Below are positions 39,031 to 53,160 of a DNA stretch of 64,000 nucleotides, one piece after another. The notes under the pieces are model-generated. The model searched no databases. It had not been told where the DNA came from and worked only from the letters and a program-made list of their open reading frames with translations. Every line of letters begins with the position of its first letter. The first letter of the stretch is position 1. The position numbers were made by a program, and so were the translations under genes. Source of the DNA: Anthoceros angustus (taxonomy: Eukaryota > Plantae > Anthocerotophyta); the NCBI GenBank assembly GCA_010909165.1, contig MU008163.1, positions 434,001 through 498,000 of the forward strand. Direction: 5' to 3'.

Positions 39031-39379
39031 AATCCAACCACTAGACTAAATACGTGGTTGGATTGATCAGCCAGAGCCTCCGGCAGTTAACTAGATCTAC
39101 AGCAAAGCAGACCCGTCCAAGTGAACAGTCGAAGTCTGCAAAGTTCGCTGGCTTCTGCTTGCTAGAATAAGAGGCCTAGCCAGCTCACATACAATGCGCG
39201 CCGCCTCAAAACTCCTCCGCACCTCACAATGCTCACCCTTGGGGCGGTGCGAACCGATGTAAAAGTGGAGCATACTCCGTTTTCACATCTGTGCGCTGTA
39301 TCCGGGTGCTTACATGGTCGTTGCAGAGGTAGGTTGAGGAGCTAAAGTTGAGATCTAGGCCTGTCCCCTGTTTCTTTGG

Positions 39380-41115
39380 GCTTACAAGTCCTTAAATGGT
39401 TTGGGGCGACCACGTCGACGCTTGATATACTTGTTTGGAATTCTTCTGCTCGAGAGCTGCTCTGGCCTCCCTTCAGATCCACCTGCAGCTGTTCTTGCTC
39501 TGCAACTCCAGGATTAGCTGCGGAATCCAACGGTGTAGGTTCCTTCCTCCACCCCTTTGGACCACCACGACGGCGACGAAGCATTGGCACATCTGCGGCT
39601 CCTGTAGAGCTCGTGTTGCTAGCCTGAGCTGCAGCTGCCGTCGCATCCTCAGAGCTGGGCGCCGCAGCTCCTGGATCTTGGCAGGCCTGGCGGACCTCTT
39701 GCGCCTGGGGCATTCAGTACGTAGAGCTCTCCACCACCCACTGCAGATGCAGATGCCCAGAAGCGCGCCCTCACTTCCCACAAGCTCCACAGCAACCCAG
39801 CTCTAGCTCTGGAGAAGAAAAAGAAAAACCCAGCACCTCGGCCCTGCTTACGGCTGCAATCACTTCCTCCAAACCTGCAGGTTGACAGCTCCGGTGCTGA
39901 AGAGGTGGGTTCACTGAGTAAACCCAGCAATACCTCCGTGGACACCTGATCCCCTCATGTTGCCCGCAAGTACATGCAAAACAAGGCCGACTGATACGAC
40001 ACCAGGGCCCGCCCAAGTTTCATAACGCAGAGTGGGCTGGCTGCTGACATTCTTCAGCCTCATGGCCTCAGCCACCACCTCCTCGGCGTACTCCTCCACT
40101 CTATATCCAATGGAGATGTCAGTGTTCTCGTAATGAGAACGTCGTAGCCCACCCTAGCCCCCACTACCCACGACGATGCTGATGAGGCTCATGAGAGCTG
40201 CCATCAAAGGCCACCTCGCAAGAAAAGGAAAGGTGAGCTGCTTCACCATCCCCTCCCTCACAACGCGCTGAGCCCCGGCGTTGTGCCCCTGGATCTACGA
40301 TCTCATGTGAAAATGGAGCAGCTGCAAGCACCGGAATTCAGCATGCCCACAATTTATCCTCACAACCTCCATTTCCGCACAATCTCCGGCATTGTTAGAC
40401 TGAACTTGCCAGCATCCCCGAAGGTCTCCCTTGGTACTCAGATTCGCCCTCAAGCCGATGACTGGGCTGCACAGCCATATATGTCCGACTGCTGGTTGCG
40501 ACCACCATGTCGAATCCAGCTTTTCGGACATGTTCCAACGATGACGGAGTTGAACTGCATCTTCCTGGCTGTCAGGGCACGGTCGATGTACTCTGCGTCT
40601 TTGTAATCATTAGACATAAGAATGGCTAAGGAGCTGGCCTTGTGGAAGTACACCATCACCGTCAGCAGTTCCACAAATACAGCGCTGTGGTTCCAAGAGC
40701 AGTTCCATTCCGTCAGCAGCTCCACACTTAGAGCGTTGAGGTCCCGTCAGCAGTTCCACACTTACGGCGCTGTGATCCTGACAATTACTTACAGCGCTTT
40801 AGTCGAATTTCGCTTACTCCACGATGTGCCTGTGCACAGCTGGATGCACACGCATTTCTTATGTCTTCTGAAGTATGGGGCACTCATCCCTCGACTTTGC
40901 TGCTGTTGCAGAGCTTGTCGGGGACGCTCCAGCCATGGCAGGGTGACTGTCACATATGTTTGTGCAAGACATCTTCCGCCCAGTTCACCGGCTGCAGCCT
41001 TTAAATTCGTGGGGCCACGAAAACTTTCCTTCCTCCTCCTCCGCAGAGTCCGCAAGCCATCGTCTGCACAAACACGCATGGGAACATCTTTAGCTTGAAG
41101 ATTCCCGGACCATGG
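39380..41115 (-). pseudogene. ADC: Arginine decarboxylase pseudogene, copy g
   Basis: SAPYF, NDYKDAEYIDRALTARK, PVIGLRANLSTK and CLQLLHFHMRS. Confidence 0.9.
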
Positions 41116-42241
41116 CGAACAAGCTGTCAAGCTTGCAAGCAAGCGAATCACAAACCCTGCAGACAACGTTCTTGTTTTCTACTCAAAGTGATTAAATCAA
41201 AACATGAGCAACTGCAGAGCTAGAAGAACGATGCAAACAACGTTCTTGTTTTCTGCTCGAAGTGATTAAATCAAAACACGAGCAACTGCAACCAAGATAA
41301 CACCCATATTCAAGTCTGTGAGCTAGAAGAAGGGAATAAACCTACACCTACATATTCTCCGACACCTGTGTAAAACTTTCTTCAAGTCCACAAACTCAAC
41401 ACCAGTCCACTGTTACAAACTACATCCGTGTAGGACATGGGGCTACCCGGCCTCGGCCTCGAGCCGCCGCAGCAAAGCAACAAATCAAAGAGTGCAAACA
41501 ACAGCCTAGCAGGCATGAAAACATAACCGCCGCCGGCGAGTATGCGCATTGCAGCACTAGGCTACAAAGGCACAACACATCACTCTCTGGAGCACACAAG
41601 ACGAGAGCAAGGCAGAAACAGGCAGAGCAGAGCATGGAACGGAGCTCACCTCGGAGGAAGGAAGCATCTGGACGTGAAGTCTGCAGACAGGCCTACAAGC
41701 CTGCGGTGGAGGCGCCGTCATGAATATAAGCGGGAACAGCGAGTAGCCGCCGCCTCAAGCAGGCGGGGAGAACCTCCGCATGTCCGTGCTGGATACAAAT
41801 TTACAGAACCGCTGCGGCAAGCGCTTGCAAGGTTCCGGGCGCTCAAGCTCGCTTACAAGTCCAACATCCAAGGCAGACCGAGGAACCAACAGCGAGGTCC
41901 ACAGAGGGAATGTTTCTACGCAGCAAGGCAAGGCATGGCTTCACGACAGAGCGAGCTCAGGAGAAGCCGCTTGCAAGCGAGCAGATTCACATCAACACAA
42001 GGCGGGCCGATGGCTGGCTGGTGGAAGGCGGAATATGGAGGACACTTGGGGGAGCCGCCAGGTAGGGCACGGACGATTTTGAGTCGGACACGTTTCTCAA
42101 CGATATGTACCTAGTCTCGCGCGAAAGAACTCTCACTGTCTCCCCATGGCATACAAGGCTACAAGGTGCTCTCCGCGCAAAAGCAAAAGTAGTGTCCCGC
42201 GCAAAAGTAAAACAATTTTCCGCCCGCAGGGTGTCGGCCAT

Positions 42242-42434
42242 TGTTAGAGTATGAAGATATACCTTGATATAGATAATATTCTTATATTATTGCAAGGACT
42301 ATGTATATTGTAAAGCTATCTATAAATTATTAATTTATATACTATAATATTGAGGTTATTCACCTAGCGTTGGCCTTCTATCTAGGGACCATCCGTCTCC
42401 ACAGTAAGTAATGCTTGTGCTTGAATCTCTAACA
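42242..42434 (+). mobile_element. Solo LTR (same insertion as 31704-31897)
   Basis: TGTTAGAG...CTCTAACA followed by CCATT. Confidence 0.85.
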
Positions 42435-42879
42435 CCATTCACAAGTTATTGAGCTGAAGCGATTGGAGCGATTAGAATTTGGGACCCACTTGTACGGTGT
42501 ATCTCAATGGCTATGTTAACCACCTTCAGATAACAAAGATTTTTTATTATTTATTAAGAATTCTATTCTATTCTACTAAATATATTATAGGTAAGACCAA
42601 CGAAATCACATTCATTTATCTTAATTCGTATTATTAAAAGAGTATGGATAATAAGGTATCATATATATAGAGTAAGTGGGATTAGTTCCCCTCAAAACGG
42701 CCCCAAACCTCAAAGTAATGTTATGTTCCACATTTTGGCGGGTACCGAACATGCCCATATATTCTTCGAGCGAAGTTGCACATTATGCGATAATTAATGA
42801 AAGTAAGTTCATAGGTTTTTCGAAATGGGTGCAATCGTGGCATGAGAGAAGAATTTCAAAATACGCATCCATAAAGAGG

Positions 42880-43085
42880 ATCTTTGGCTGGCGCCCTTCC
42901 ATGCATGCCCTCCCATGGCGCACGGCGCCCTCATGCACGCCCTCACGCCCTCCCCCGCCCTCCCCGGCCCGGCCGGCGCGCCACACGCCATGGCGCCCTC
43001 CCCATGCCATGGGCGCCCTCGCCTCATCACGCCTGGCGCCGGCCACTCACGCCCTCCCCATCGCCCTCACGCCCTCATGGGCTGC
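42880..43085. repeat. GC-rich low-complexity tract of CGCCCTC / CCATGGC words
   Basis: Seen directly; flanked by AT-rich sequence. Confidence 0.7.
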
Positions 43086-45739
43086 CTTTGATAAAATAAA
43101 TAATTAGCGGTTCAATTGATTTGTGGCTTGGGGTGGTTACTCAAGTGGTTGGATAGAAAGTTTAGTAGTAGGTGAGGTCAATTCCTCTACTCCACATGAC
43201 ACCAACTTCCTTGATTTTTAAGGGCATCCTTTAAATTAAAGGATTCTGTCCTTAAGGACGCATTCACGAGTCCTTATTTTGGCCAGCATAGTTAAGAATT
43301 TGTAGTTTTAAACCCAAAATCATAGCAAATATCTTTCAATCGTTGATCGCGAGTTTGAAATTACTCGTAATATTATATTAATGGTCTCAAATTATAAAAG
43401 AATCAAAATGGTGAAGAGCTACGGCTCACTCAAGTTTCTTCCATTTTATGGAGCTCATTGAAGGCGCGACCATTGTATTGCAGAGGTCATAGCTCACAGG
43501 CATGTGCTTGATCCGGACACCATCTTTGCGATCGACCAAGGCTGTACATTGTGATTTGACATGTGAAAGATGTCATATTTTGCTCATTCAATTTGAAACA
43601 TACATTCAAATGGTTGAGGGAATGTGTTACTTGTTTGATAAAGGCAATGATTCAAACCCGTGAAAGCCAAAACCCAGTGACGTGAACGTCTCGTAAACCA
43701 AAAGCGGCATGCTACGACCACGGTACCTGCGCTTACGCAAGTGCTTGATGAGGCGGAGTTGGGAGAACGCAACGCCAAGTCCATGGGCAAGAACAATGGT
43801 TTTGATGACCCAGTGGGCGCATGTGGAACTTAGAAGTGGTCATACATTCGATGTTGGCTCAAGGCGTATGAGTTCTGATTGGTCCCCATGAGGACCATTC
43901 GTAACCGCTTGCATGTGCTTTTAAAGTTTACGTTTTGTCGATCGTTGTGGGCCCGCCATGTCGGCGTTCACACACAACTTCGGTTTTGTTTCTTTCCAAA
44001 GTATAACCATGTTTAGTTTTGATATGAATTTATTGAATGGTGTCCATGAACACATCACGGAGGCGGCGGCGCCCTAGAGGCTCTCTATCATGTCAATGGA
44101 AAGAATGCACTTTCGATTGTGGATGGAATAAAGAGGCTAATGTCATTTTGAAGACCTAGGGTTTAAATCCTCTTTTAAGGATGTCAATTTCACGAAGGGA
44201 TCTTCCATAATTATGGTGTTGGTGGAAGCGAATCGTAATTTAGCAATGGTGTTGGATTCGAGATCCTCGGGCAGGATGAGTCACAACGTAGCCTCGTCAT
44301 ATTCCTCCATTCTAAAGTAGATGACTCAAAACATTGGATTGACGGTGAAAGATCCATTTTTTGTGGTATAGATAGTCACCATAGTTCCCCACAAAATAGT
44401 ACAAGGCTTGAGTGTTGTGATAGACTGTTAGGGCGCCCGGCCGCACGATGGGTCATTAGAGGCAAGCTAAACATTTGATGTGTAAGTGTATGTACCCAGA
44501 ATGGGGTGATGTTTTAACTGACGTAAAAGGCTATTTTTGAATGGGTGTTTGGTCAAGAGGGTCCGACCCCAAAAGAAGAGGGTTTGTATATTCCCCCTTG
44601 CAAAATTATCGTGTTTTGCATTGCTCGAAAATTTACCAACTCACCTACAACGACACACACAATTGCGAGCCATGCCTCTGGTAAGGATGCGAGTTCAAGC
44701 TGCTGGCTACGCAGGCACACCCCACCTCTTCTGAGCACACGATACAAGAGCAAGGAAGAAACAGGCAGGGCAGAGCATGGAACGGAGCTCACCTCGGAGG
44801 AAGGAAGCATCTGGACGTGAAGGCTGCAGACAGGCCTACGGGCCTGGGATGGAGGCGCGGAAATTGATGCAAGCATTTCAAGCTAACAGCCAGCAGCCGC
44901 CTCAAGCAGGCGGGGACATCCTCGGCATGCCCAGCAGTGCTGTGCTGGATACAAACCGGTGCCGCTGCGGCAAGTGCTTGCAAGGCTCAGCAGGATCGCT
45001 TACAAAACCGACATCCAAGGCAGAGGAAGACCGAGGAACTACCAGCCAGGTCCACACAGGGAACGTTTCTGCACAGCAAGGCAAGGCATGGCTTCACGAC
45101 AGAGCGAGCTCAAGGAGAAGCCGCTTGCAAGCGAGCGAGATTCACATCAACACAAGGCGGGCCGATGGCTGTGGAAGGAGGCATATGGAGGATTGATTAG
45201 GGAAGGCAGCCGGCTGGGGCACGGACAATTCTGAACGCGCCGCCAACAGTATCGGCCTCGGACAGGATTTGTACAAGGGTAGTGTCGCGCGAAAGAACTC
45301 TCACTGTCTCCCCATGGCATACAAGGCTACAAGGTGCTCTCCGCGCAAAAGCAAAAGTTTGGGCCCTTGGTTTAAGTTGGTTTGTTTTGGAACAGTCCAA
45401 TTTTTGGTTAGAAATGGTTTTGAGGAAACATGCCAAAGCTTTTCGATTCTTTTGAAGCTGAAGTTGTAGGATCTGTTAGGATGGTAGGTAGGATATTTAG
45501 GGAAGAAGAAACGGGTCAAAACGGCCTTGTGGTGAGGCAAGTGGTAGCATATGACAACTAACCAAAGTAGGAAGCATAGGATTAAGGCGGGTATGATAGC
45601 TATATATGTAGACTTTAGTGGACTAGATAAATGGGTAGGAAATTAGAAGCTAGATTGGGCCGTTAGGAAACTAGGGAAATAGCATCTTAGTATAAGAGGA
45701 ATTGGGAAACTCCAATCAACGGTGGAAAAGGTGCCACGT

Positions 45740-46340
45740 TAACAGGTTGGTTGATATGTAATTGCCGGTGGTCTCAGAGAGCGGGGAGCTCAAGGGACCA
45801 TGTTGGTATACTCCCTAGGCGGGAGAGTGAGTTGACTCGCCATCCGAGCCCGACCTCCATGGTGGATGTTTTTCTCATCGGGTTCAACTCTTACCATCTA
45901 TAAAGGCTCCCAATATGCCCAGATTTGTCTCTAACCACTTCTTTACCTCGCCAACAACCATGCATGGGTTATGCTCCTCGCTGACGGGTTCCCAGAACCC
46001 ATTCATTCTTACATTGAAGTCCCCGTGAACGTCCGCATGTTCTTTGCTCCAGGTGTTGGACCTCGAGTTACAGTATTTTTGGAGTCTGGAGAACCCCCAT
46101 TGGAAGAAGAAGGTGGCCAAGGCTCCACAACAAGAACAAGCCTGTACCTCCCCCTCAGGACGGGTATTGTTTTCCTAGACCTATGGTTATCAAAATGCGC
46201 CGCGATAGAAAAAAATGATTCTAGGACTTGGACCAATCATAGGAGAGAAATCAAGAAGGTCGTTGACAGTGGAGAGAGATCTCCCTTACCAAGAATGGCT
46301 ATTCCAGCAGATGATAAGAAGGGGATCCCCAGGGTCTAGT
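45740..46340 (-). mobile_element. LINE APE-endonuclease remnant (second family)
   Basis: SAGIAIL, HGDFNVRM and an SDH-like end occur in order on the minus strand. Confidence 0.55.
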
Positions 46341-46395
46341 GAGCCACAGTTTGACTAGCAATTATAGTATGGGGTCACGCCGTATGAACGGGATG

Positions 46396-46848
46396 CTCCA
46401 TCTTCTGCAAAACGTGAACTCCCAAATCAGAGCGAGGATGGAATACAAGTGGTGTGCAACCCTCAACCACTGGAAGCCAGCGGACTCAAGCTACAAGTAG
46501 TCTTCGAATATCGTACATTGATATAAAAGTGATCTATTTAATATGTATTACGGACGGAGACAATACCCACGAGCCTAGAGAACTCTTCTATACTCTGGGA
46601 GAGCACATCTCAAACTACCAACAGAAAGGGAACACATGTCTATTCCTGGATAGCAACACAAGAACAAGCGATGCAAGTGGACATAGAGAGTCCAGATGGC
46701 AAATGGAAGAGGGTCAAGGACACAAAAGCGGAGGCACAATTAATTCATGGCAATGCTAGAAGCACGGAGATGGTGATATGTAAGCAGGCGTTGGATTATT
46801 TCCAACGCAAGTTCACGTTCCATCAACAAAATGAGCGAAAAAAGAAAA
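46396..46848 (+). mobile_element. Partial copy of the LINE 5' (endonuclease) region at 19888-20346
   Basis: Direct similarity; LGEHISNYQQKGNTCLFLDSNTRT. Confidence 0.85.
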
Positions 46849-48100
46849 ACCCAGCACCTCGGCCCTGCTTACGGCTGCAATCACTTCCTCCAAACCTGCA
46901 GGTTGACAGCTCCGGTGCTGAAGAGGTGGGTTCACTGAGTAAACCCAGCAATACCTCCGTGGACACCTGATCCCCTCATGTTGCCCGCAAGTACATGCAA
47001 AACAAGGCCGACTGATACGACACCAGGGCCCGCCCAAGTTTCATAACGCAGAGTGGGCTGGCTGCTGACATTCTTCAGCCTCATGGCCTCAGCCACCACC
47101 TCCTCGGCGTACTCCTCCACTCTATATCCAATGGAGATGTCAGTGTTCTCGTAATGAGAACGTCGTAGCCCACCCTAGCCCCCACTACCCACGACGATGC
47201 TGATGAGGCTCATGAGAGCTGCCATCAAAGGCCACCTCGCAAGAAAAGGAAAGGTGAGCTGCTTCACCAACCCTCACAACGCGCTGAGCCCCGGCGTTGT
47301 GCCCCTGGATCTACGATCTCATGTGAAAATGGAGCAGCTGCAAGCACCGGATCCAACATGTCCAACTCTCTGACAACCTCCACTTCCCGCACTATCTCCT
47401 GCAATGTCACACTGAACTTGCCATCATCGCCGGAGGTCTCCTCAGTGCCCGCCGTGCTCAGTACTCAGCTTCGCCCTGAAGCCGATGACTGGCCTTCACA
47501 TCCATGTCGGACTGCTGGTTGCAACCACCATGTTCGAAACCAGCTCCTCCACCTCTTCCAGCACGGTACCCGTAACGGAATTGAACTCCATCTTCCGCGC
47601 TGTCAGGCCAACGGCCATGTGCCCTGCTTCTTTGTATAACCATTACAGAAAAATTCTCTCGGTGGCTGGCCTTGGGGAGCTACGACATCAGCGTCAGAAG
47701 TTCCATGGTCATCAGGAGGAGGAACGGGATGAGGAGGCGCTAACCGATCCGAGGGCTCCTGCCCACCAGCTGGTCCCGGACTCCCGGAGGTCAATCGTCT
47801 CTCCTGCCTGCGTGTGTCCTGGCCATGAGGCTGCACACGCATATGCCCCATGTCATTTATTGTCCAGTGTGGGCGCTATCCTCGACTTTGCTGCTGTTGC
47901 AGAGCTTGTCGGGGACGCTCCAGCCATGGCAGGGTGACTGTCACATATGTTTGTGCAAGACATCTTCCGCCCAGTTCACCGGCGCAGCCTTTAAATTCGT
48001 GGGGCCACGAAAACTTTCCTTCCTCCTCCGCAGAGTCCGCACAAGCCATCGTCTGCACAAACACGCATGGGAACATGCTTGAAGATTCGGGCGGACCATG
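46838..48100 (-). pseudogene. ADC: Arginine decarboxylase pseudogene, copy h
   Basis: Near-identical reverse complement of 33078-34290. Confidence 0.9.
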
Positions 48101-48951
48101 AACAAGCTGTCAAGCTTGCAAGCAAGCGAATCACAAACCCTGCAGACAACGTTCTTGTTTTCTACTCAAAGTGATTAAATCAAAACATGAGCAACTGCAG
48201 AGCTAGAAGAACGATGCAAACAACGTTCTTGTTTTCTGCTCGAAGTGATTAAATCAAAACACGAGCAACTGCAACCAAGATAACACCCATATTCAAGTCT
48301 GTGAGCTAGAAGAAGGGAATAAACCTACACCTACATATTCTCCGACACCTGTGTGTAAAACTTTCTTCAAGTCCACAAACTCAACACCAGTCCACTGTTA
48401 CAAACTACATCCGTGTAGGACATGGGGCTACCCGGCCCTCGGCCTCGAGCCGCCGCAGCAAAGCAATAAATAAAGCACGAGTGCAAAAAGCAGCCCAGCG
48501 AGCATGACATAACATAACCGCCGCCGCTGCATCAAATCTGGTAAGGATGCGAGTTCAAGCTGCTGGCTACGCAGGCACACCCCACCTCTTCTGAGCACAC
48601 GAGGAATGAGAAAAGAGATTCACTTGAGGATGTCTTCATTGATTGGGGTGCCCAAAATTGGGGTGCACATACACTAGATGATATCACAACGTGAAGCACC
48701 CGTATGGCGGATCAATCTTTGGGATGGGGAACCATTCTTCCACAATCTTTCATTCATTCAAGCCCGGCTGGGTAACTATTTTAATAGAGTTCTCGTCGAT
48801 CGCCCAATTCACGGGCGTATGGTCGTCATTAGAGTCGAATCGATCGCCCGATTCACTGGGCGATGGTCATTGGAGTCAAAATCGATCGTCCCGATTCTGC
48901 ACAGCATCTTGGCTTCCTCGTATGTAGTTATTAGAGTCAAAATCGATCGTC

Positions 48952-49645
48952 GGTATGTCTGTATCTGTCATCTCATGTCATATACATGTCTGTGTCGTAT
49001 CATCTCATATTTGTATACGTATCATATCGTATCTGTCTGTATCGTATACATGATCATATCTGTATCTGTATGTCTATGTCGTATCATATCAGTATACATA
49101 TCTATATCTATCTGTCTATCGTATCTCGTATCATGTCACATATCTGTATCTATCATATCGTATCTCTCATATGTATCTCGTATACATATCGTATCTATCG
49201 TATCATGTCTGTGTCTGTGTCGTATCATGTCATCTGTCTCATATCATGTCGTATACGTATCTCAGTATCATGTCTGTATCTATCCGTATCTGTATCTCGT
49301 ATCATATACGTATTTATATACATATCTGTATCTGTATCTGTATCACGTATATCATGTCTGTATCTGTATCTGTATCTGTATCTATATCATATCGTATACA
49401 TATCATATCATATCTCTGTGTATCTGTATCATGTATCTGTATATCGTATCGTATCTGTATCATATCATGTCATATCTGTCATGTCTGTATCTATCTGTAT
49501 CATATCAGATCTGTATCTATATCTGTATCTGTCTGTATCATATCTATCATATCTGTATCTATATATCTGTATTGTATTTGTATCTGTATCTATATCTGTA
49601 TCCGTATCCGTATCCGTATCCGTATCTCTATCTATCTGTATCTGT
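48952..49645. repeat. GTATC-type satellite, copy 2
   Basis: Seen directly. Confidence 0.95.
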
Positions 49646-49704
49646 AGAGAGGTTGAAGGCTCGTGTCTGAACAAAAAGCTCCCACTTAGTTAGTAAACGG
49701 ATAG

Positions 49705-50710
49705 AGACTAGTGGGGTATGCCTTTTAACTCTGCCGCTGGAATTTCTAGCACTCCTGCTGCTAGTGTATGCTTCTCATGAACTAGCCTAGGTAAAGCTTT
49801 TGTGAGAAAATCAGTGTGTTTTCACTAGTGGGCACATAAGACACTTACCTCATTGTTCTCCACAACTTGCCTTATAAAAGTGATGAGAGATTTCGATATA
49901 TTTGGAGCGGGCATGAAATACAAGATTCTTTGACAAGGCAATAGCAGTTGGTTATCATACCGATTGCATGGGTCGTGGGCTGTATTTGTTTCAAACCTTT
50001 GAGGAAACTTGAATCCACAAAATTTCCTTGGCTGTGTCATTGCTCCATACTCCACCTACTGTTTGAAGATAGTTCATAATAGAAAGTACATGCCTTTATG
50101 TAGGCAAGGTTGTTTATGTAGTTAAGTGGTTGTAACAACTAACCAATTAAATAACTACTAGAAGAAACTACTTAGTGCCCTAAGGACTAAATTAATCATT
50201 AAGTCCTAGGTGCCCTAGTGAAGAGTGCCCTAATAGTAAGCTATTTTATCGTGAGCAACTTACAAACAAGCTCGATTGGCATCTTCATAGCCCTCGGGCT
50301 GTATTTCCTCCTTAAGTTCCCCATAAAGAGCGGTGCAAACATCCATTTGATGGATGTCTAATTCAACTCTAAGGCTAAGGCTAAAAGAGAACCCTCAAGG
50401 ATTGGGTCTTGACTACGGGCAAAAGTCTCTTGATAATCTCTGGCGGCGCTATAACCTTTAACAACAAGTCGAGCTTTATAACGCTCAATGTAACCATCAA
50501 CATTTAAAATTCTTTTAAATACCCACTTGCCTAGGATGAGTTTACAACTGGAGGAAGTGAGACTAAATCCCAAGTATGATTTTAAAAGCAAAGAATTATA
50601 CTCACTTTCTATTGCGGCTTTCCATGCCGCACCATTGGCCCAGGTGCCTCTTGATAGGTAGCGGTTCACGTCAGCAAATCAAAAGAGCATGCACATGAAG
50701 AGCCCTAGTC
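49705..50710 (-). mobile_element. Ty1/copia RT-RNase H remnant, copy 2
   Basis: NGAAWKAAIESEYNSL...YKARLVVKGYS. Confidence 0.9.
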
Positions 50711-52968
50711 ATTTGAGTAAATCAAAAATCAATCTGATTAATAAAATCATCACTAAATGTTCTTCTAAATAATCTGGGTATCTGCATTTCCATCATTTGT
50801 ATTAGCCAAAATATTTGTAATTGCACTGATGCGTGTATGTAGTCGAGATATGGGTGGTTGACCAACGAAGCGGGAGGACGGAGGTTGAGGGACCCGTGAC
50901 GGGTCCACGCTCCACATTAGCGAGCTCGGAGGACTCCACCGGGACCCATGGCCCATGTCCGGAGACCATATTTATATTGGCGAGTGCACGTCTGCAGCCT
51001 TATGCATTAGCACAAACATAGTCTCCACATGGTAGATCAAGAGTGTGTTTCTAAATCCAAATTGGTTGCGCAATCGTTGGTGGTTCCACATCTTGGCCAC
51101 CGCGCGCCAGGACCAGATTGCCACACTTTGTGGGAATCTTTTAGCAGGCAAGCTTTCATCCTTGCTATTCACTCCGATACCATAGGTGGGGGTGGGAGGC
51201 AGGAAGGAGGGGAGGGTATTTTAAATTTGGTGGAGGTTATTTTGTGGGGACTTGATGAATCCATTCCATAGCGCCCAACACCTCCTGAGGCATGCCACCG
51301 ATTATACGTACTCCATTAATCCGGGCCTTACACTCGGGAGAGGGAAAAAAGTCGGAGCGGGGTGCCCTAATACTAGTAAATCACGCTCTTTGGCATTTTC
51401 TTAAGTGTTCTTATTATGAGCGGTGCCACCTCTCGTCCACAAGCAAGTGAGCCGCCCAATGGTACATATTAGTACATGCCCATTGTGGTAGGTACACTCG
51501 GTCACTCGAGCTAGCCTTGGTGGCCACACTTATCCACAGTCGTTGAATATGTAGGTTCGATCCCAAGGGACTTGCACGAACGATCTTGTTCGAGGGTCTT
51601 CTTTTCTCACATGATTACGGGTTCATCTCTCACGACCTTGTTACTGCGCCCTTCACCTACGACTACCTGATGGACGTTCCACTTGGGCCGATCCTGTGTT
51701 TGCCTCTAGCGTGAGTGCCCTTGGGTTCGAAAGCTTCCCAAGGTCATATTCCAATGAACCTCTAATGTTAGTGCCCTACAAGAAGTCACCAAGCAAAAGC
51801 ACGGCACTGCAGATGCAACCTTCCACAAGAAAAGGCCGAGGCCAAGGGGAGTGTGTGCCTCCCTCCCTCCCGGCACCTCCGATCAACCTCGTCCTCCACC
51901 ACCATTGCGCCGTTGGCGGGCGGGCAGGACATGTACACAACCACGACTGTGCACCACTATGGAGGAGGCGCAAGGATCGATATTGAACTTACATTGCTCC
52001 CTTTTATAGGTAGAGCGAACTCATCGAAATGCATGTGTCTTAAATGCAAGATGACCCTCGGATTAGTGAAGGAAGCGGTAACGTCTGGTCTCTTGACCCC
52101 ACGGGGTAAGGTCCAACTCACTACCGCCACATCTTCCCGGTCATCTCGGTCGCTCCCTCCTTCAAAATAGGGTTACCCACTTAAATACGGGCCCCACCTT
52201 AGTGTGAGTACCCAGAAAGAATGTTCCTACCAGTCGTCCTACGAGTCATCCTACCAGTCAAGAGATTGTCCGTCTTCGCTTGCTTCTTCGGACTCCCGCA
52301 TTGTCGTCTTCTTCCTTGTCTTCAATGGGCCGCTTTCCTCCCGACTCGGATCGGTCCTCTTTGGAACTTCCTCTAGTCTCACCTCCTGCTCCTCTCCTTG
52401 GGTAGGTGCAGCCGCCTCGAGAGGAGATGCAACCTCCTTCCTCTCTAGTAGTACACCTCCTACCACTTCATTAGGAGATTTCCCTCCTACGCCTCGTTTA
52501 TAGGAGGTTTTCCTCCTACCACTCCGTTAGTAGGCAAACCTCCTTCCATTACCTTTGTAATGTCCCTACAACACTCATCGCAAGGGTAGGAGGTCGATGG
52601 GACATTATTTGCCCCTTCCCGCCTCCTTTTGCACCAGCCATAGCCATTGCAACTACCCGCCGTGTTCACAACTTTGCAATTGAAGGATCAAAAATAAAGA
52701 AGAGATTGTTAATCGTTTAAATAAATAAATCGGACTCTATATATATGATACCTTATTATCCATACTCTTTTTAATAATACGAATTAAGATAAATGAATGT
52801 GATTTCTTTGTTGGTCTTACCTATAATATATTTAGTAGAATAGAATAGAATTCTTAATAAATAATAAAAATCTTTATCTAGAAGGTGGTTAATATAGCCA
52901 TTGAGATACCGTACAAGTGGGTCCCAAATTCTAATCGCTCCAATCGGGCTTCAATAACTTGTGAATGG

Positions 52969-53160
52969 TGTTAGAGATTCAAGCATACGTTACTCATACT
53001 CCGAGACGGATGGTCCCTAGATAGAAGGCCAACGCTAGGTGAATAACCTCAATATTATAGTATATAAATTAATAATTTATAGATAGCTTTACAATATACA
53101 TAGTCCTTGCAATAATATAAGAATATTATCTATATCAAGGTATATCTTCATACTCTAACA
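52969..53160 (-). mobile_element. Solo LTR copy
   Basis: AATGG|TGTTAGAG...CTCTAACA. Confidence 0.85.
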
